Virus record (IMG/VR): IMGVR_UViG_3300028802_000008
Span: 13,320-77,319 of that record
Length of the DNA stretch: 64,000 nucleotides
Reading direction: 5' to 3' (one strand)
Source: a virus
Shown here: in pieces, positions 41,001 to 50,924 of the stretch
Layout: the number at the start of each line of letters is the position of its first letter
Position numbering within the stretch: position 1 is the stretch's first letter
The notes under the pieces: model-generated
The model's database searches: none
What the model saw: only the letters and a program-made list of their open reading frames with translations
Told to the model about the DNA's origin: nothing
Made by a program: the position numbers and the translations under genes

Positions 41001-43701
41001 TCTTCTGCTGTTCAGTGATACCCGCGATGATCTCATCGAAAGTCAACTCTTCAACGCCATTGACCATCTGATCGATCTCACGAACCAGCGGATCGAATGT
41101 GATGGACTTCGTCAGGTCAAGGAATCGACCCTCCAGATCCAACTCATCAAGTTGATCCTGAATAGCCTGGATCTCATTCTGAGAATCCTGGAGTCCACCC
41201 TTCTGATCCTCCAGAGCCTTGATCTGCTCATCGTAAGCACCGAGAACATCGGAGCCAGCCCCCGCCAATCGGAGGTCTTCGCGCTTGCCTCGCAGCATCT
41301 CGATGTCCGCGTTGAGTGCTGCCCATTTCTCTTGGATCTTTTCGATCGATGTCCCGGCTCGCTCAAACTCCAAGAGCCTCAAGTTGAGAACATTCTGCGC
41401 CTGAGAGTTGGCGAAGATCTGATCTTCCATGTCCCTCATGCCAGCGATAGGAGCACTGGCGAAATCGTTCAGCTTGCTCTTGGCAGCGTCCAGTCGCTCC
41501 CCAACAGCGTCCAACTCGTCCGTGATGGCATCGACCACATCATTGGCCTCGTCCATTCGTTGGGTCGCGGCGTCGTAGGCACGGCTCAGATCGTCCACGA
41601 TCCGGCTCTGTGCCTCGATTTCGACGGTCAACGGCTCCAATGCGGCGTACAACTCGTCAATGCTGTCCGCCATCACCGCAGCGGCGTTTCCAGCAGCCGG
41701 GTTCATTGCCGTGATCTTCGCCACATCAGCATCAGTCTTGGTGCGCCGGAACCCGGTGATGTCATTGCTGGCAACGGCCCGGAACGCTCCCAGCGACGCC
41801 ATCGCCCGAGCCACGGTGGCCGGAATCGACTTCAACCGATCGTACTCATCCAGGATGGTCGACACACCCGCCCTCACGTTGTCGACCAGCGACGGTGAGT
41901 GACGAGCAAAAGGATTCAGGTACGACAGAAGATCAACCACAACTTCCATCGCCCGCCCCAGAACGTGGATAACGTTCGTGAAGACCTCCGCCATGATGGA
42001 AGGCAATTCAGCAATGGCATCCACGATGCTCTGGAAGACCCGAATGAAGGGGTCTTCGATGTCTGTCGTGAGAACCAAGGCAATGGCCGCGGCAACAGCA
42101 ACGATGATGGCGAGCACAGCCCAGACCGGAATACCGAGAGTGCCAGCAATAGCGCCAACGATCGTCCACAGACCCGTCAGGATCGGCTGCACCACCAGCT
42201 TGTAGAATTGGATACCGATGTACCTGAAGGCTCTGGCCAACGTCTTGGCTCGTCTCCACACCAACGTACTGAAGACATCAATGACTGCCATGAGGTTCAG
42301 CAACGACCCAATGACGATCAGAATCGGACCAACGATCGCGACGAGCGCCAGCCCGTACAAGATGATCCCTCGGGTCTTGGGGCTCAACTTGGCGAAGGCA
42401 TCCGCCAACTGACGGATGAAGTTCACGATGTTCATGATGACCGGGATCAACGGTATGAAGGCCGACGCCATCGAGTTCTTGATCGAATTGGTCATGATGT
42501 CCCACTTTTTAGGGTTGGAATCAAGAACCTGCATCAACTCTTTCTGATACTGCTCCGCGTCATCTACTGGGCCGTTGGCCGCTTCCATCGCTTTGGCGAA
42601 GTATCCGGTGGAGGACGACACGTCATCCATCAGAACGTCGAAGCGCGAGACCTGCCACCGGGACGCGATCGTGCTGGAAGCAATTCCTCTCTGAGCCGTG
42701 GAGAGATTGTCCCACTGACCCGCAAGCATCTTAATCTTCTGAGTGGCAGTGGCACCCAGCCAGGAGGGATCGGAGACCGTAAACCCAATCTCCTTCAAGA
42801 CATCAACTGTCTCCTGCGTGGGATCTTGCAACCGAGAGAAGATCGTCTTGAGGGCGTTACCGGCTTGAGCCGCACTGCCTGTCGCCGGAACGAGAGCCGC
42901 AGCGAACCCCGCCAATTCATCAATCGTCACACCAGCAGAACGAGCAGAACCGCTGGCTCGCTGAAAGACCTCCACCAAGCCCGCCATCGTGATGCCGGTC
43001 TCGTTTTCCACGATGTTCATGATCGACATCGCCTTGTGGAGTTCACTCACTCCACCAGCAGCGTCATAAGTCGACAGACGCCATTGGGCTTGGATCGCGA
43101 TCAAGGCCTCCGTGGCTGAGGCCGCGTCCATCTCACCCAGAATCATGAGTTCCAAGGTGGCCCTGGTGTTCTCTGCGAGCCCTCGACCAGACGAACCAGC
43201 CGATGCCCAGGCAGCGCCGATGTCGATGACATCGGTCTGGAGTACGCCGAACCGTGTGCTCAAAAGCTCAAACGATTTGGACAAAGCCTCGGTCTCAGCC
43301 TTGAGCACGTTCTGATCTTCACCCAGGTTGCCATAGACCTTACGGACCTGAGTCATGGATCTCTCAAGGTCCATGTTGAACGAGAACAACGCCTTCCCCG
43401 CCAATACCAACGGGAGGGTAAAGTTGAACGCCAACTGACGCCCAACCCAAGTCATGTTCTTGCCCGCTTTACTCAGGGCATTGTTCGCCAACAGACTAGA
43501 GAAGCTCTGCTGAGCTTTTACCGCTTCTCGGAGCTTACCCAAGTAAGCACCCATGCCCGAAGCATTGGCACTCAACCCTTTGGCGTTTGCTCCCAGCGCA
43601 CCACCAGCACCGATCGCCTTTGCAGCGGCAGCGGTGGCAGCGAGTTGAGCTTGCGCCTGCTTCGCTGCCACCCTGACGACGATGTTGAGAGTTGCGTTCA
43701 T
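38026..43701 (-). CDS. tape measure protein with C-terminal peptidase-like domain
   Basis: 1891 aa; TP901-like core, Trp-periodic repeats, STYRPG...SWH...RAID...H.NHVH. Confidence 0.92.
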   Translation of the reverse strand: MNATLNIVVRVAAKQAQAQLAATAAAAKAIGAGGALGANAKGLSANASGMGAYLGKLREAVKAQQSFSSLLANNALSKAGKNMTWVGRQLAFNFTLPLVLAGKALFSFNMDLERSMTQVRKVYGNLGEDQNVLKAETEALSKSFELLSTRFGVLQTDVIDIGAAWASAGSSGRGLAENTRATLELMILGEMDAASATEALIAIQAQWRLSTYDAAGGVSELHKAMSIMNIVENETGITMAGLVEVFQRASGSARSAGVTIDELAGFAAALVPATGSAAQAGNALKTIFSRLQDPTQETVDVLKEIGFTVSDPSWLGATATQKIKMLAGQWDNLSTAQRGIASSTIASRWQVSRFDVLMDDVSSSTGYFAKAMEAANGPVDDAEQYQKELMQVLDSNPKKWDIMTNSIKNSMASAFIPLIPVIMNIVNFIRQLADAFAKLSPKTRGIILYGLALVAIVGPILIVIGSLLNLMAVIDVFSTLVWRRAKTLARAFRYIGIQFYKLVVQPILTGLWTIVGAIAGTLGIPVWAVLAIIVAVAAAIALVLTTDIEDPFIRVFQSIVDAIAELPSIMAEVFTNVIHVLGRAMEVVVDLLSYLNPFARHSPSLVDNVRAGVSTILDEYDRLKSIPATVARAMASLGAFRAVASNDITGFRRTKTDADVAKITAMNPAAGNAAAVMADSIDELYAALEPLTVEIEAQSRIVDDLSRAYDAATQRMDEANDVVDAITDELDAVGERLDAAKSKLNDFASAPIAGMRDMEDQIFANSQAQNVLNLRLLEFERAGTSIEKIQEKWAALNADIEMLRGKREDLRLAGAGSDVLGAYDEQIKALEDQKGGLQDSQNEIQAIQDQLDELDLEGRFLDLTKSITFDPLVREIDQMVNGVEELTFDEIIAGITEQQKIVNELQPQYDGLVQKQKEAQAVAKEAAAAQELVGDQLDIEQTKLDQLEDAYRDIKDLISEMESEMADYISMAETAANIEKTKKGDEESLFAAGEGVDFDVAGGDSTLGREGDLFDIEAFNKELETEIDEAMKKMGDFDIFAAFGDSIDKLKGWKDKAIEVFKSIPDWMKQHWPQLLIGALAAVLILVFGPFGPLIAAALGAAIAYVAGPVAKWTYDHILKPMYDVLLGIGQWLMDNLVQPVADFFASLGGSTVDFSTSIWDFFTDLGSAIWGFFRGVVGAVIGFFRGVGGVLSTIWNSVIMPVFGAIASVVGGLVDVFATVWGAISGAIMAAWNIIYPIFQTLWGYIDGYIIPILQLIFVTVEIVFTLIWKIIQAAWWIIQEYFDLWVDYLHLLIDVFGLVWDHIDDVAGWISTAIGIMVDFITDVFDILDWIIRNVVVKAFDWFRDRVVDVADIVWKAIQGMWAVMEEIFTAIDYIIDTLVVPAFRWFGDQVRWVVDNLITPAMNWLRDNVMQPVMNAITSIVQIGYDAIRGIFAGFQEILTPVQAALRWLYNSVIKPIMEAIGSLISGVWNGILDTIAGGINGFIGAFNLVADAVNAVASLLGIGHKVSHMDPVSLNALKWNFDTGESDAAVNGGGGGSGGAVPRFAKGGVVGEEGGAVAGMRALVGEGSNIFPEFVIPTDPKYRQRARGLYSELGHVFGEDEQGYSNMDLFGIGDIVKNGFNAAKSGIGKVTGFLKDKAIETLWNPAHWLAQQAVNRIPNKFLKDSGQGVLNAVNDWITGADNAWNEEASKRLPPQVEAGAGSWRAIPPVLQALGIPYKILSTYRPGAITRNTGQPSWHGKDRAIDLSGPSGMINYSPHDLLDINHAIYRAFKPQLKELIYGGPGATNVFRGADHSFSPALMREHINHVHAALARGGLVVPRTNGGTLLRVGEGLHDEAIQVTPLHGKSESGENVTLNFYGDLSFPNITDPHDADRFITNLKSLGQVR

Positions 43702-43704
43702 GGT

Positions 43705-44501
43705 CTACTTCCTGCGAGCCTTCCGGGCATCCATCGCCTGCTGGCGAGCCCTTGCTTTGTTGTTGATCCTGTCGATCATGACAAAATCATCAAGCAATGC
43801 CGGTTGCTGATCGTAGATCCCACCGGCCACCGGCAGATGAGCCCACTTCATGGACTGACATTGGAGGTAGAGCCTCAGGGACTCATGAACTCGACCCTCT
43901 ACGGGTTTTTGATTGAAGTACGACTCCGCTTGAGCCTCTAGGACTCTTTTCCCTCGGCCTCTTTCAACTTCGTCTCAAGCATCTCCTCAAGGTCGGAGAT
44001 CTGTTCGCGGATGTCCTCGATCGTGACATCACCCAGCAGCCAGGGATTCTTCTCCCTGACATCCTTCTCGATCACGTCGATGACTCTCGGTGGAGCCGAC
44101 TCCAGGAACCTGGCAAGATTCTGACCAGTGAAGTTGATGGGAACCAGTTCCCCATCCTTGTTCTTGGTCATGAGGTTCCAGCCGACGATGGCCTGCTTCA
44201 GCAGCGAATGTCGCTCATCGCCGGTCGCCATCTTCATGTAGGCGTCGCCGCCCTTCTGAAGACGAACCTCACGGTTCACCTGATTCATGTACGACCGGCG
44301 AGCGCCCTCATTCAGAACCTGATGGTCGATGTACGACTTGCCATCCGGAAGCTGCACACGGTGGACAACCTCAAAGCCGAAGTAGTCAACCTGGGTGTAT
44401 TCGTCAAGCGATACCCCGGCTTCCTTCATCGCCTCCAGTGTCCGTTGCTGACGTTCCTGTTCGGCGATCTCTGCGGCTTCGGTGTCGATATCTGTTTCCA
44501 T
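43705..44501 (-). CDS. tail assembly chaperone G (43938-44501) and -1 frameshifted GT
   Basis: GGGAAAA slippery site at 43953-43947; -1 frame open to TAG at 43705, includes LPVAGGIYDQ. Confidence 0.85.
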
Positions 44502-44546
44502 AGTAGAGCCTCCTGTGCTCTTGTGGTTTGTTGTGAATCTTGCGGA

Positions 44547-45575
44547 TCAGGGAACCTGCGTGTAGCTGTTCTTCACGGCCACAGTCATGATCGGGCTGGC
44601 GGCGTTGTAGCGGACGGCCCGGATCTCGATGTCGTGCTCCAGGATGTCGTCACCACTGGGATCAACCGAGAACGGAGCGATGATCGCGGTCGGAATGGTG
44701 AAGATGCAGGAGTACTTGGTGCCAGCAGGCGTGGTAGCGGGGATGTCCTCGTAGGACGAGATCGTGATGACCACGTCGTCTTTGAAGGACTGGCCCGACG
44801 GTGTCGTGGCGGATGGCCCACCCCACATAGCCGTCTTCCACAGCGCCGCGTCGTTCGGTCGGATCGTCACCGACATCGTGATCTCACGACGCTTCTCGGT
44901 GAGGTCACCCAGGAACAGCGAGCCAAGGCGGAAGTCGTCGTCCTCGATGTTGTTGTTGATGTCGAGCGAGAAGCTCTTGGCCGGAAGGTTGGCACCGTTC
45001 CACGCCACACCGATGTTGGTGCCGACCACCAGGGGGCTGGTGTCACGGCGCTGAGCGACTGACGCCGTCGCCGTGGTCGTCGCCTGCGTCAGAGCAATGA
45101 AGCCTGCCGTCGACATCAGGTAGCCGTTGGCGTCGGCCTCCAGGTGGAACGTGTTGATCTTGGCATCGGTGTATTTGAACACTTCGAAGCTGTTGGTGAT
45201 CTTCTCTTCCACGGAGATCCAGGGAAGACCGGTCGTATCGGCCGGGGTGATCGTGTGAGTGAAGCCCGTGGCCGCTGTACCGGCCGTTGCCTTGGTGCCA
45301 AGAGCACCGTAGAGAAGCAACGACAGCGATTCCATGCGGGCGTACACGTCGTACTCACCGGAGTACGCGATTGGCCCAAGCTGGGCATCGGGGATGTCTC
45401 GTGAACCACCGATTTCCGGATCGGGAATCAGAAGTTCACGGTTGCCACCCAGCGCGCCCGAACGGACGTAGAGGAACACGCCCTGGTTGGGAGCGACCGC
45501 ACCGGGGTCGGCATACACTCCCTTGGTGGCCTGAGTACGAATGCCGACATGACCGGCCTGTGCGATGAGACCCAT
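44547..45575 (-). CDS. major tail tube protein
   Basis: Position; SFSLDINNN, REIT motifs. Confidence 0.85.
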   Translation of the reverse strand: MGLIAQAGHVGIRTQATKGVYADPGAVAPNQGVFLYVRSGALGGNRELLIPDPEIGGSRDIPDAQLGPIAYSGEYDVYARMESLSLLLYGALGTKATAGTAATGFTHTITPADTTGLPWISVEEKITNSFEVFKYTDAKINTFHLEADANGYLMSTAGFIALTQATTTATASVAQRRDTSPLVVGTNIGVAWNGANLPAKSFSLDINNNIEDDDFRLGSLFLGDLTEKRREITMSVTIRPNDAALWKTAMWGGPSATTPSGQSFKDDVVITISSYEDIPATTPAGTKYSCIFTIPTAIIAPFSVDPSGDDILEHDIEIRAVRYNAASPIMTVAVKNSYTQVP

Positions 45576-45580
45576 CTAGA

Positions 45581-45919
45581 TCACTCCTTGTTTTCCTGGG
45601 CGGCGGCTGCTGCCTGACGGTCGGCTTCGGCGGCTGCTTCTGCATCCGCTGCGGCGGCGGCTTCCGCCTCCTTGGCAGCGGCGAATGCCTCAGCATCCTG
45701 CTCTGCCTGAGTCTTGACGTTCGCGGCCTGCTCATCGGCTTCCTTGAGAGCCCGGAGTTGCCCCTCCAGAGACAACTCTTCCTCTGCGAGAGCCCCAAGC
45801 TGGTAGTCAAGGGTGGCTTCGGCGTTGGCGATCGCCTGCTGCACTTTGTAATCGGCGATCTCCTGACGGAGAGCATCGATCCTCTCGTGCTTGCTATCGA
45901 TCTCTTCCTGGGTTGCCAT
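45581..45919 (-). CDS. Ala/Glu-rich coiled-coil protein
   Basis: GGAG RBS; in head-tail region. Confidence 0.65.
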   Translation of the reverse strand: MATQEEIDSKHERIDALRQEIADYKVQQAIANAEATLDYQLGALAEEELSLEGQLRALKEADEQAANVKTQAEQDAEAFAAAKEAEAAAAADAEAAAEADRQAAAAAQENKE

Positions 45920-45927
45920 AGTCGCTC

Positions 45928-46416
45928 CTACTTCGTGATTTCCGTTGTGATGATGAACTCGGTCTTACATAGAAACGTGAACCCAACACCTACTCTGCCT
46001 ACCATGAACTCTTGACGGAGAACGTCATACTTCTTTACTCTTTCGACACTTCCCATGAAGGTCTCTGTCAACCCGCCCAAAGCTACATGGAACTCCTGAT
46101 CCCGGTACAGTATTGCCCGAATGGCCTTGGAGTCGATGGAGTAGACGCGACGCCCTTCGATGGCGTCACCGTGGATGTTCAAGTTGTGAATCGCGATGTT
46201 GTAGACCGATTCGTAAGGTTCTCTGTTGGGGACACCCATCAACTTCTCGTCGGGATTCGCCACCCAAGTCGATGGAAACACGCCGATCGTTCGATTCGGG
46301 TCAGTGGGATTCAGCGGCCGACCGACGATGGTGTACTCGCCGTCGAAGTTGAGATTGCGATTGAAGGCATCGATCATCGGATCGATGAACCCCATCGGGA
46401 ACAGGTCGACAGCCAT
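45928..46416 (-). CDS. tail terminator-like protein
   Basis: Position and size. Confidence 0.55.
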   Translation of the reverse strand: MAVDLFPMGFIDPMIDAFNRNLNFDGEYTIVGRPLNPTDPNRTIGVFPSTWVANPDEKLMGVPNREPYESVYNIAIHNLNIHGDAIEGRRVYSIDSKAIRAILYRDQEFHVALGGLTETFMGSVERVKKYDVLRQEFMVGRVGVGFTFLCKTEFIITTEITK

Positions 46417-47006
46417 CAGACGATCGATCCCATACTGGACAGGAAGCCCACCAGATTCATGATGTGATTCATGAGCATCACCATGATGGCCTTCTCGTCA
46501 TATGCCGAGATCGCGAGAACAGGCCGGGGGGGAGTGTAAGTAACATCCCCCATGAGCGGATTGAACTCAGTATGACCCTCCTGGGCCGTTCTCAACTTCT
46601 TGGTCATCACTTCGTCGCCGGAATCACCAGGAATGGCAAGAGATGCGCCAAGAGGATCGATGCTGGTCTCGTGGTTGCCCAGCAAGTGCTCCAACATCTC
46701 ACTGGTTCGATCGTTGATCGCCCAGTCGTCGTACTGCCCCATCGCATGACGAATGCGAAGCGTAGATTCCTTCAACGGAAGCCAATCCACTTCGATTCCG
46801 TTGTAAGCGAATCGTTCCAGAATCCTCTCAGCCAGCCACGGTTGAACATCTCGATTGAGGAAGATCACAAGCTGCGGCGGACTCACAGCCAACTGCGACA
46901 TCGTCAAAAGCTGCTGCACCGATGTCTGGTCAACTTCAATTGCGAAGGCACCAGTCTGATACTTGGTGATCATCCCGGCAACCATCAGAACTCCCCCGGA
47001 TGCCAA
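46416..47006 (-). CDS. tail completion/neck protein (virion morphogenesis-like)
   Basis: W.PL.EST, P.RP.L motifs. Confidence 0.65.
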   Translation of the reverse strand: MASGGVLMVAGMITKYQTGAFAIEVDQTSVQQLLTMSQLAVSPPQLVIFLNRDVQPWLAERILERFAYNGIEVDWLPLKESTLRIRHAMGQYDDWAINDRTSEMLEHLLGNHETSIDPLGASLAIPGDSGDEVMTKKLRTAQEGHTEFNPLMGDVTYTPPRPVLAISAYDEKAIMVMLMNHIMNLVGFLSSMGSIV

Positions 47007-47512
47007 TTCTCCACAGGGAAGTCAAGAGACGAAGGCGTCATGAAGTTCAACTCAAACATCCGAACACCGCTGACCTCGTCCCGCACCGACGCGCCAGGAA
47101 CGCGAGCCAGAGGATCAGCAATCTCCGCATCAGCGATGTCGCCTCGGGCGTTGCCGTCGCCGTCGACCCGCTCTGCCCCAACCAAGATGACATCGCTGTT
47201 GGCGATGGCCATCAACTCCATCAAGCCTTCCTTGACGAGTTGAAGACCATACGCGTGCACCGATGTCTCGGAGATTGCCGCCGTAGCGGCCATCAGGATG
47301 CGGCCCGAACACAGCTTGCGATGGATCGACCGAATCAGACTTCCCTGACTATTGGGAAGCGCTGCAATGTTGATGGGGACGACGTAAATGACACCCAGCT
47401 TGGAGTCGATTTCCTCTTGGGTCATCTCCAAGTATTGCTGGGCGTTGATCGTTGAGGGGAGAACGTTGGTCAACTCCCCGAGCAACAACTCATTTACTTC
47501 GACGTAGGACAT
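46985..47512 (-). CDS. head-tail adaptor (Mu gp36-like)
   Basis: MSY, EIDSKLG.IY.VPI. Confidence 0.7.
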   Translation of the reverse strand: MSYVEVNELLLGELTNVLPSTINAQQYLEMTQEEIDSKLGVIYVVPINIAALPNSQGSLIRSIHRKLCSGRILMAATAAISETSVHAYGLQLVKEGLMELMAIANSDVILVGAERVDGDGNARGDIADAEIADPLARVPGASVRDEVSGVRMFELNFMTPSSLDFPVENWHPGEF

Positions 47513-47525
47513 GACCCCTCAAGGC

Positions 47526-47909
47526 TCACGCCTCGGCAGCGGCGATGGCGTCCACCAGTTCGTCATGATCCATCGAGGAACGACCCGAGATGTTGAGTTC
47601 CCCGGCCCTGGCCCGAAGCTCAGTCAAGGTCAAAGAGTCGAGGTCTTCCTCCTCGTCCAAGCCCTCTTCCTCGGCGGGAGCATCTTCCTTGACGACGTTG
47701 GAGGTCTCCTTGATCGGGTAGTAGTCGGTCCACTCCCCTGGCTCAGCGACCGCGCACGCCTCCGTGTTGTCGATGATCAACTGCTTCTCTTCATCGATCG
47801 GACCCGGCTCGCCAGTCGGCGAAGCCGAGTTCTGGTAGTCGGGGTCAACGCCGACATAGACGCTGTCCTCGTTCACTTCTTCTGCATCGGTCACTTCGAC
47901 ATCACTCAT
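47526..47909 (-). CDS. acidic protein with Rho-N/HEH domain
   Basis: LTLTELRARAGELNISGRSSMDHDELVDAI. Confidence 0.7.
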   Translation of the reverse strand: MSDVEVTDAEEVNEDSVYVGVDPDYQNSASPTGEPGPIDEEKQLIIDNTEACAVAEPGEWTDYYPIKETSNVVKEDAPAEEEGLDEEEDLDSLTLTELRARAGELNISGRSSMDHDELVDAIAAAEA

Positions 47910-47939
47910 TGGATTCTCCTGTCAGAACGGAAAGGTGGA

Positions 47940-49064
47940 TCACGGAATCACGTCCATCGTGAACGTCAGTTCCATCAGCGGGAAGACCGGGAAGGCCTTG
48001 ATGCCGGTGCCTCGGTTGAGACCCCACGGATCGCTGGTCTCCTGCTCCCACTCGTAGAAGCCACTCTGCCAGTTCCCCTCGGGGTGCGGGCTGGTGAGCA
48101 TCTTGCCAAGGCCAAGCTCGTTGCCGATCTCGGACACGTCGTCGTTGCTGGGCAGGAACAGGACACGGTTCTGCGGGAAGAACCGGGTGTTGGTGATCGT
48201 GGCACCACCAACCGGACGCGTGCGGTACACGGCGTCGTAGGTCTGGAACGTGACACCGGTTGCCCGCTCCACGACTGCCTGAGCCGCCTGCGGCCCCCAT
48301 CCATCGAGGATGTAGTCGAGGTCGACAGGACCGCCACCGGACGTGTTCACCATGCCCGAACGGGCGATGAACCGGGTGCTGTTCTGGAGCGAGTTGATCA
48401 CCTTGCGGCTGGCGATCGCACGGCTCATGCGAATGCCGTAAGTGTCGAACATGAAGTCCTGAACCGCCATGATGTCGGCGATCGGGTCCGAGTTGACCGT
48501 GCTCCACAAGCCACCGGCCGGGACTTGCGCCTGCTGACCGGCCGGTCGCCCGTAGTTGATGGAGAAGGCGATCTTGCCGTCGTCGTAGGCGATGGCCCCG
48601 GTGCTCATGGCGGACATTGTCAGCCATTCCAGCCGGTTGTCGATACGACGACGGCGAAGCGCGTCCTCACGGGCGAGCTTGTTGTTGAAGTCCGACACCA
48701 TGTTGCCCACGGTGAGCGGTGCGGCCACGTTGGACCCGAGAGTGGACTGCACGAGCAGGCTCTCGCGGTACTTGGTGACATCGCTGGCCGAGTAGTGATC
48801 CTTCTGCGCCCAGTCCACGACCGATGCACGGCCCTGGCCTCCGAAGAGCAAGTCCTTCTGAGCCAGTTCCGACTCTGCGTCCTCGGCGCGAGCCGCAACG
48901 AGACCGTCGGTCAGACCCTTGGCGTAGTCGAAGATGACATCATCGGCCGACACATCCATGAAGGGGAAAAGTTGAAGTCCGATATGAGTCTTGGGGGGCT
49001 CGATCTCACGGATCGTGCCCAGTGCGACTTCTTTGCGGACCAGCCGGTCTGTTGAAGTTGGCAT
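47940..49064 (-). CDS. major capsid protein (lambda E-like)
   Basis: LFP, RLEW, G.I.Y, DPIADI, DP.G...FPV. Confidence 0.88.
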   Translation of the reverse strand: MPTSTDRLVRKEVALGTIREIEPPKTHIGLQLFPFMDVSADDVIFDYAKGLTDGLVAARAEDAESELAQKDLLFGGQGRASVVDWAQKDHYSASDVTKYRESLLVQSTLGSNVAAPLTVGNMVSDFNNKLAREDALRRRRIDNRLEWLTMSAMSTGAIAYDDGKIAFSINYGRPAGQQAQVPAGGLWSTVNSDPIADIMAVQDFMFDTYGIRMSRAIASRKVINSLQNSTRFIARSGMVNTSGGGPVDLDYILDGWGPQAAQAVVERATGVTFQTYDAVYRTRPVGGATITNTRFFPQNRVLFLPSNDDVSEIGNELGLGKMLTSPHPEGNWQSGFYEWEQETSDPWGLNRGTGIKAFPVFPLMELTFTMDVIP

Positions 49065-49075
49065 GTTCTTCTACC

Positions 49076-49756
49076 TCACTTGAAGATCAGTTGGACTTGC
49101 GTGAGGGCCAGGATGGCATCACGCGTGGCATTGGACAGGGCAATCGGAGCACCCGCAGCGTTGTACTCCAGGCACCATGCCTGCACCACGGTGGCCTCAT
49201 AGGTCACGGCGATGTCGACATCACGCTCCAGCAGCATCCACGGAACGAAGGTGTCAGCGACACCGACGATGTTGGCGGCGGTCTGACGACCGTCCGTGGC
49301 TCCAGCCTGGAACACACCGAACTTGCCGGTGTAGGTACCTGACGTGATCTTGGCGATCACCGTGCCTGGCTGGAGAATCTTGGAGACATCTGCGCCTCCG
49401 GTCACGGTGCCGGTTGCCGCGCCCGTCACCACGTCAGCGGCAACACGCTCAAAGGAGAACGTGGTGGCTGAACCGACCGCCGAGACCGTGCGCCGTCCAT
49501 CGAAGGTGGCGTTGGCGATCGCCACGACGACCGAATCTCCCACGGAGAACCCGTGAGCGGTGCTGGTAGTGATCGTTGCGACGTTCGACGTGAGCACACG
49601 GTTGGTCGCCGTCTTGACGCTGCCGTCAACCGTGCTCGCCGGGAACACGGCCGCAGCGATCGTCGCGCTGTCCGTCTTGACATCCTGAGTTGAACGCAGG
49701 TATGCGTTCTTCCCGAACGGCGTGCGAGCCGCCTTGTTGGCTGTGAAGCTTGGCAT
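49076..49756 (-). CDS. head decoration protein with inserted beta domain
   Basis: ILQPGTVIAKIT.G, ATDGRQ; insert TITTSTAHGFSVGD. Confidence 0.75.
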   Translation of the reverse strand: MPSFTANKAARTPFGKNAYLRSTQDVKTDSATIAAAVFPASTVDGSVKTATNRVLTSNVATITTSTAHGFSVGDSVVVAIANATFDGRRTVSAVGSATTFSFERVAADVVTGAATGTVTGGADVSKILQPGTVIAKITSGTYTGKFGVFQAGATDGRQTAANIVGVADTFVPWMLLERDVDIAVTYEATVVQAWCLEYNAAGAPIALSNATRDAILALTQVQLIFK

Positions 49757-49768
49757 CTGATCTTCTCC

Positions 49769-50875
49769 TTACTTGGAAGACGTGAGGGTCTGGAGTTCGA
49801 TGAACGAGGACTTCTTCGCGAGATCATCCTCGGAAATCCCGGTGGCTCGGTGGTTGGCCACGATGCCCTGGAGAATGCTGATGCGATCCTCCGCGGCGTC
49901 ACCGGGGGCGGGAGTTCCACCCTGACCCAGATCGTGCTTGCCGAACAGGTTGGCCGGGGCCATCCCTTCAAAGCCAGTCTTGAAGGCCGTGAACTGATCA
50001 GCATTCATCGTCTTCACAAGTCCGTGGAATGCCACGCCCTGTGGGCCGGTGATGACCTTGCCCGAGACCAGGCCATCCACGAACGCTGCTCGTGCGCTGT
50101 CGATCGATTCTGTACGGAACGTCTCCAGTTCCGTGATGTGTTGCTGCACCCTGGCGTAGTCGTTGACCTCCACGCCATCAAGGCGGAACGACTGCACCTG
50201 GAACTGAGCGTTGCCGTGAGCGCCGACCGGCTCGGGCTGCTGCACCGGGGGCTGTGTGGCTTCCGCGGGCGGTTCCGCAGGCGGTTCTGCGGGCGGCGGC
50301 GTCGCGGGCGGTTCCGCGGGCGGGGTCGCGGGCGGATCAGCAGGCGGAACCTGAGCGGCTGGAGTCTTCGTGTCTGTAGCCATATCTTCTCCTGAGTTGG
50401 CAATCCGGTAAAGTCCTTCGACCGCCGGGTGATCTACAAAGGCGAGACCAAGGACGACAGGATCATACTTGGTTCCGTCATTCGCGATGTAAGCACCGAT
50501 TTCGATCGAACGATTACGCCACTTCTTCGCATCCCACTTTTCCTTGTCCGCTTGGGAAGTGAACTCCCAATCAGCAAAGAGGAAATCACCAAACCGACGA
50601 ACGTTGGTGATGTACCCCACAACGTCTTTGATCGACTGGGTGTGATCCTCCCGAAGTGGCACGTTCGGAACGATGTTGGCGTCTCTCAGCTTGTAGAAGT
50701 TCTCTACAGCAAGATCGAGATCATCCGATGTCCAGACCCGAGTCTGGTGATTCATCGAAGTGAACGTGCCGACCCGAAAGATCTTCTGATCGCGCACCTG
50801 CAAACCGCTATCAGCGGCTACAGCGAGATCAAGATCGGAGAAGCCGAATTGGGTGCTTCCCTGGATACCGGTCAT
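49769..50875 (-). CDS. capsid maturation protease/scaffold (Mu I/Z-like); internal scaffold start at 50383
   Basis: GTF, DH, SIE, LGLAFVDHPAV; AGGAG then ATG at 50383, Pro-rich scaffold. Confidence 0.8.
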   Translation of the reverse strand: MTGIQGSTQFGFSDLDLAVAADSGLQVRDQKIFRVGTFTSMNHQTRVWTSDDLDLAVENFYKLRDANIVPNVPLREDHTQSIKDVVGYITNVRRFGDFLFADWEFTSQADKEKWDAKKWRNRSIEIGAYIANDGTKYDPVVLGLAFVDHPAVEGLYRIANSGEDMATDTKTPAAQVPPADPPATPPAEPPATPPPAEPPAEPPAEATQPPVQQPEPVGAHGNAQFQVQSFRLDGVEVNDYARVQQHITELETFRTESIDSARAAFVDGLVSGKVITGPQGVAFHGLVKTMNADQFTAFKTGFEGMAPANLFGKHDLGQGGTPAPGDAAEDRISILQGIVANHRATGISEDDLAKKSSFIELQTLTSSK

Positions 50876-50924
50876 GGGCAGCGATGATATACCCAAGACC
50901 CGTGACGCGGTCCAGCATTGGCTA

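Noticed and set aside
38734-43119. Long + strand ORFs (1054 aa and 406 aa)
   Set aside because: Antisense shadows of the tape measure gene, expected from high-GC codon bias; no motifs.
47511-49055. 514-aa + strand ORF
   Set aside because: Antisense to the capsid gene.
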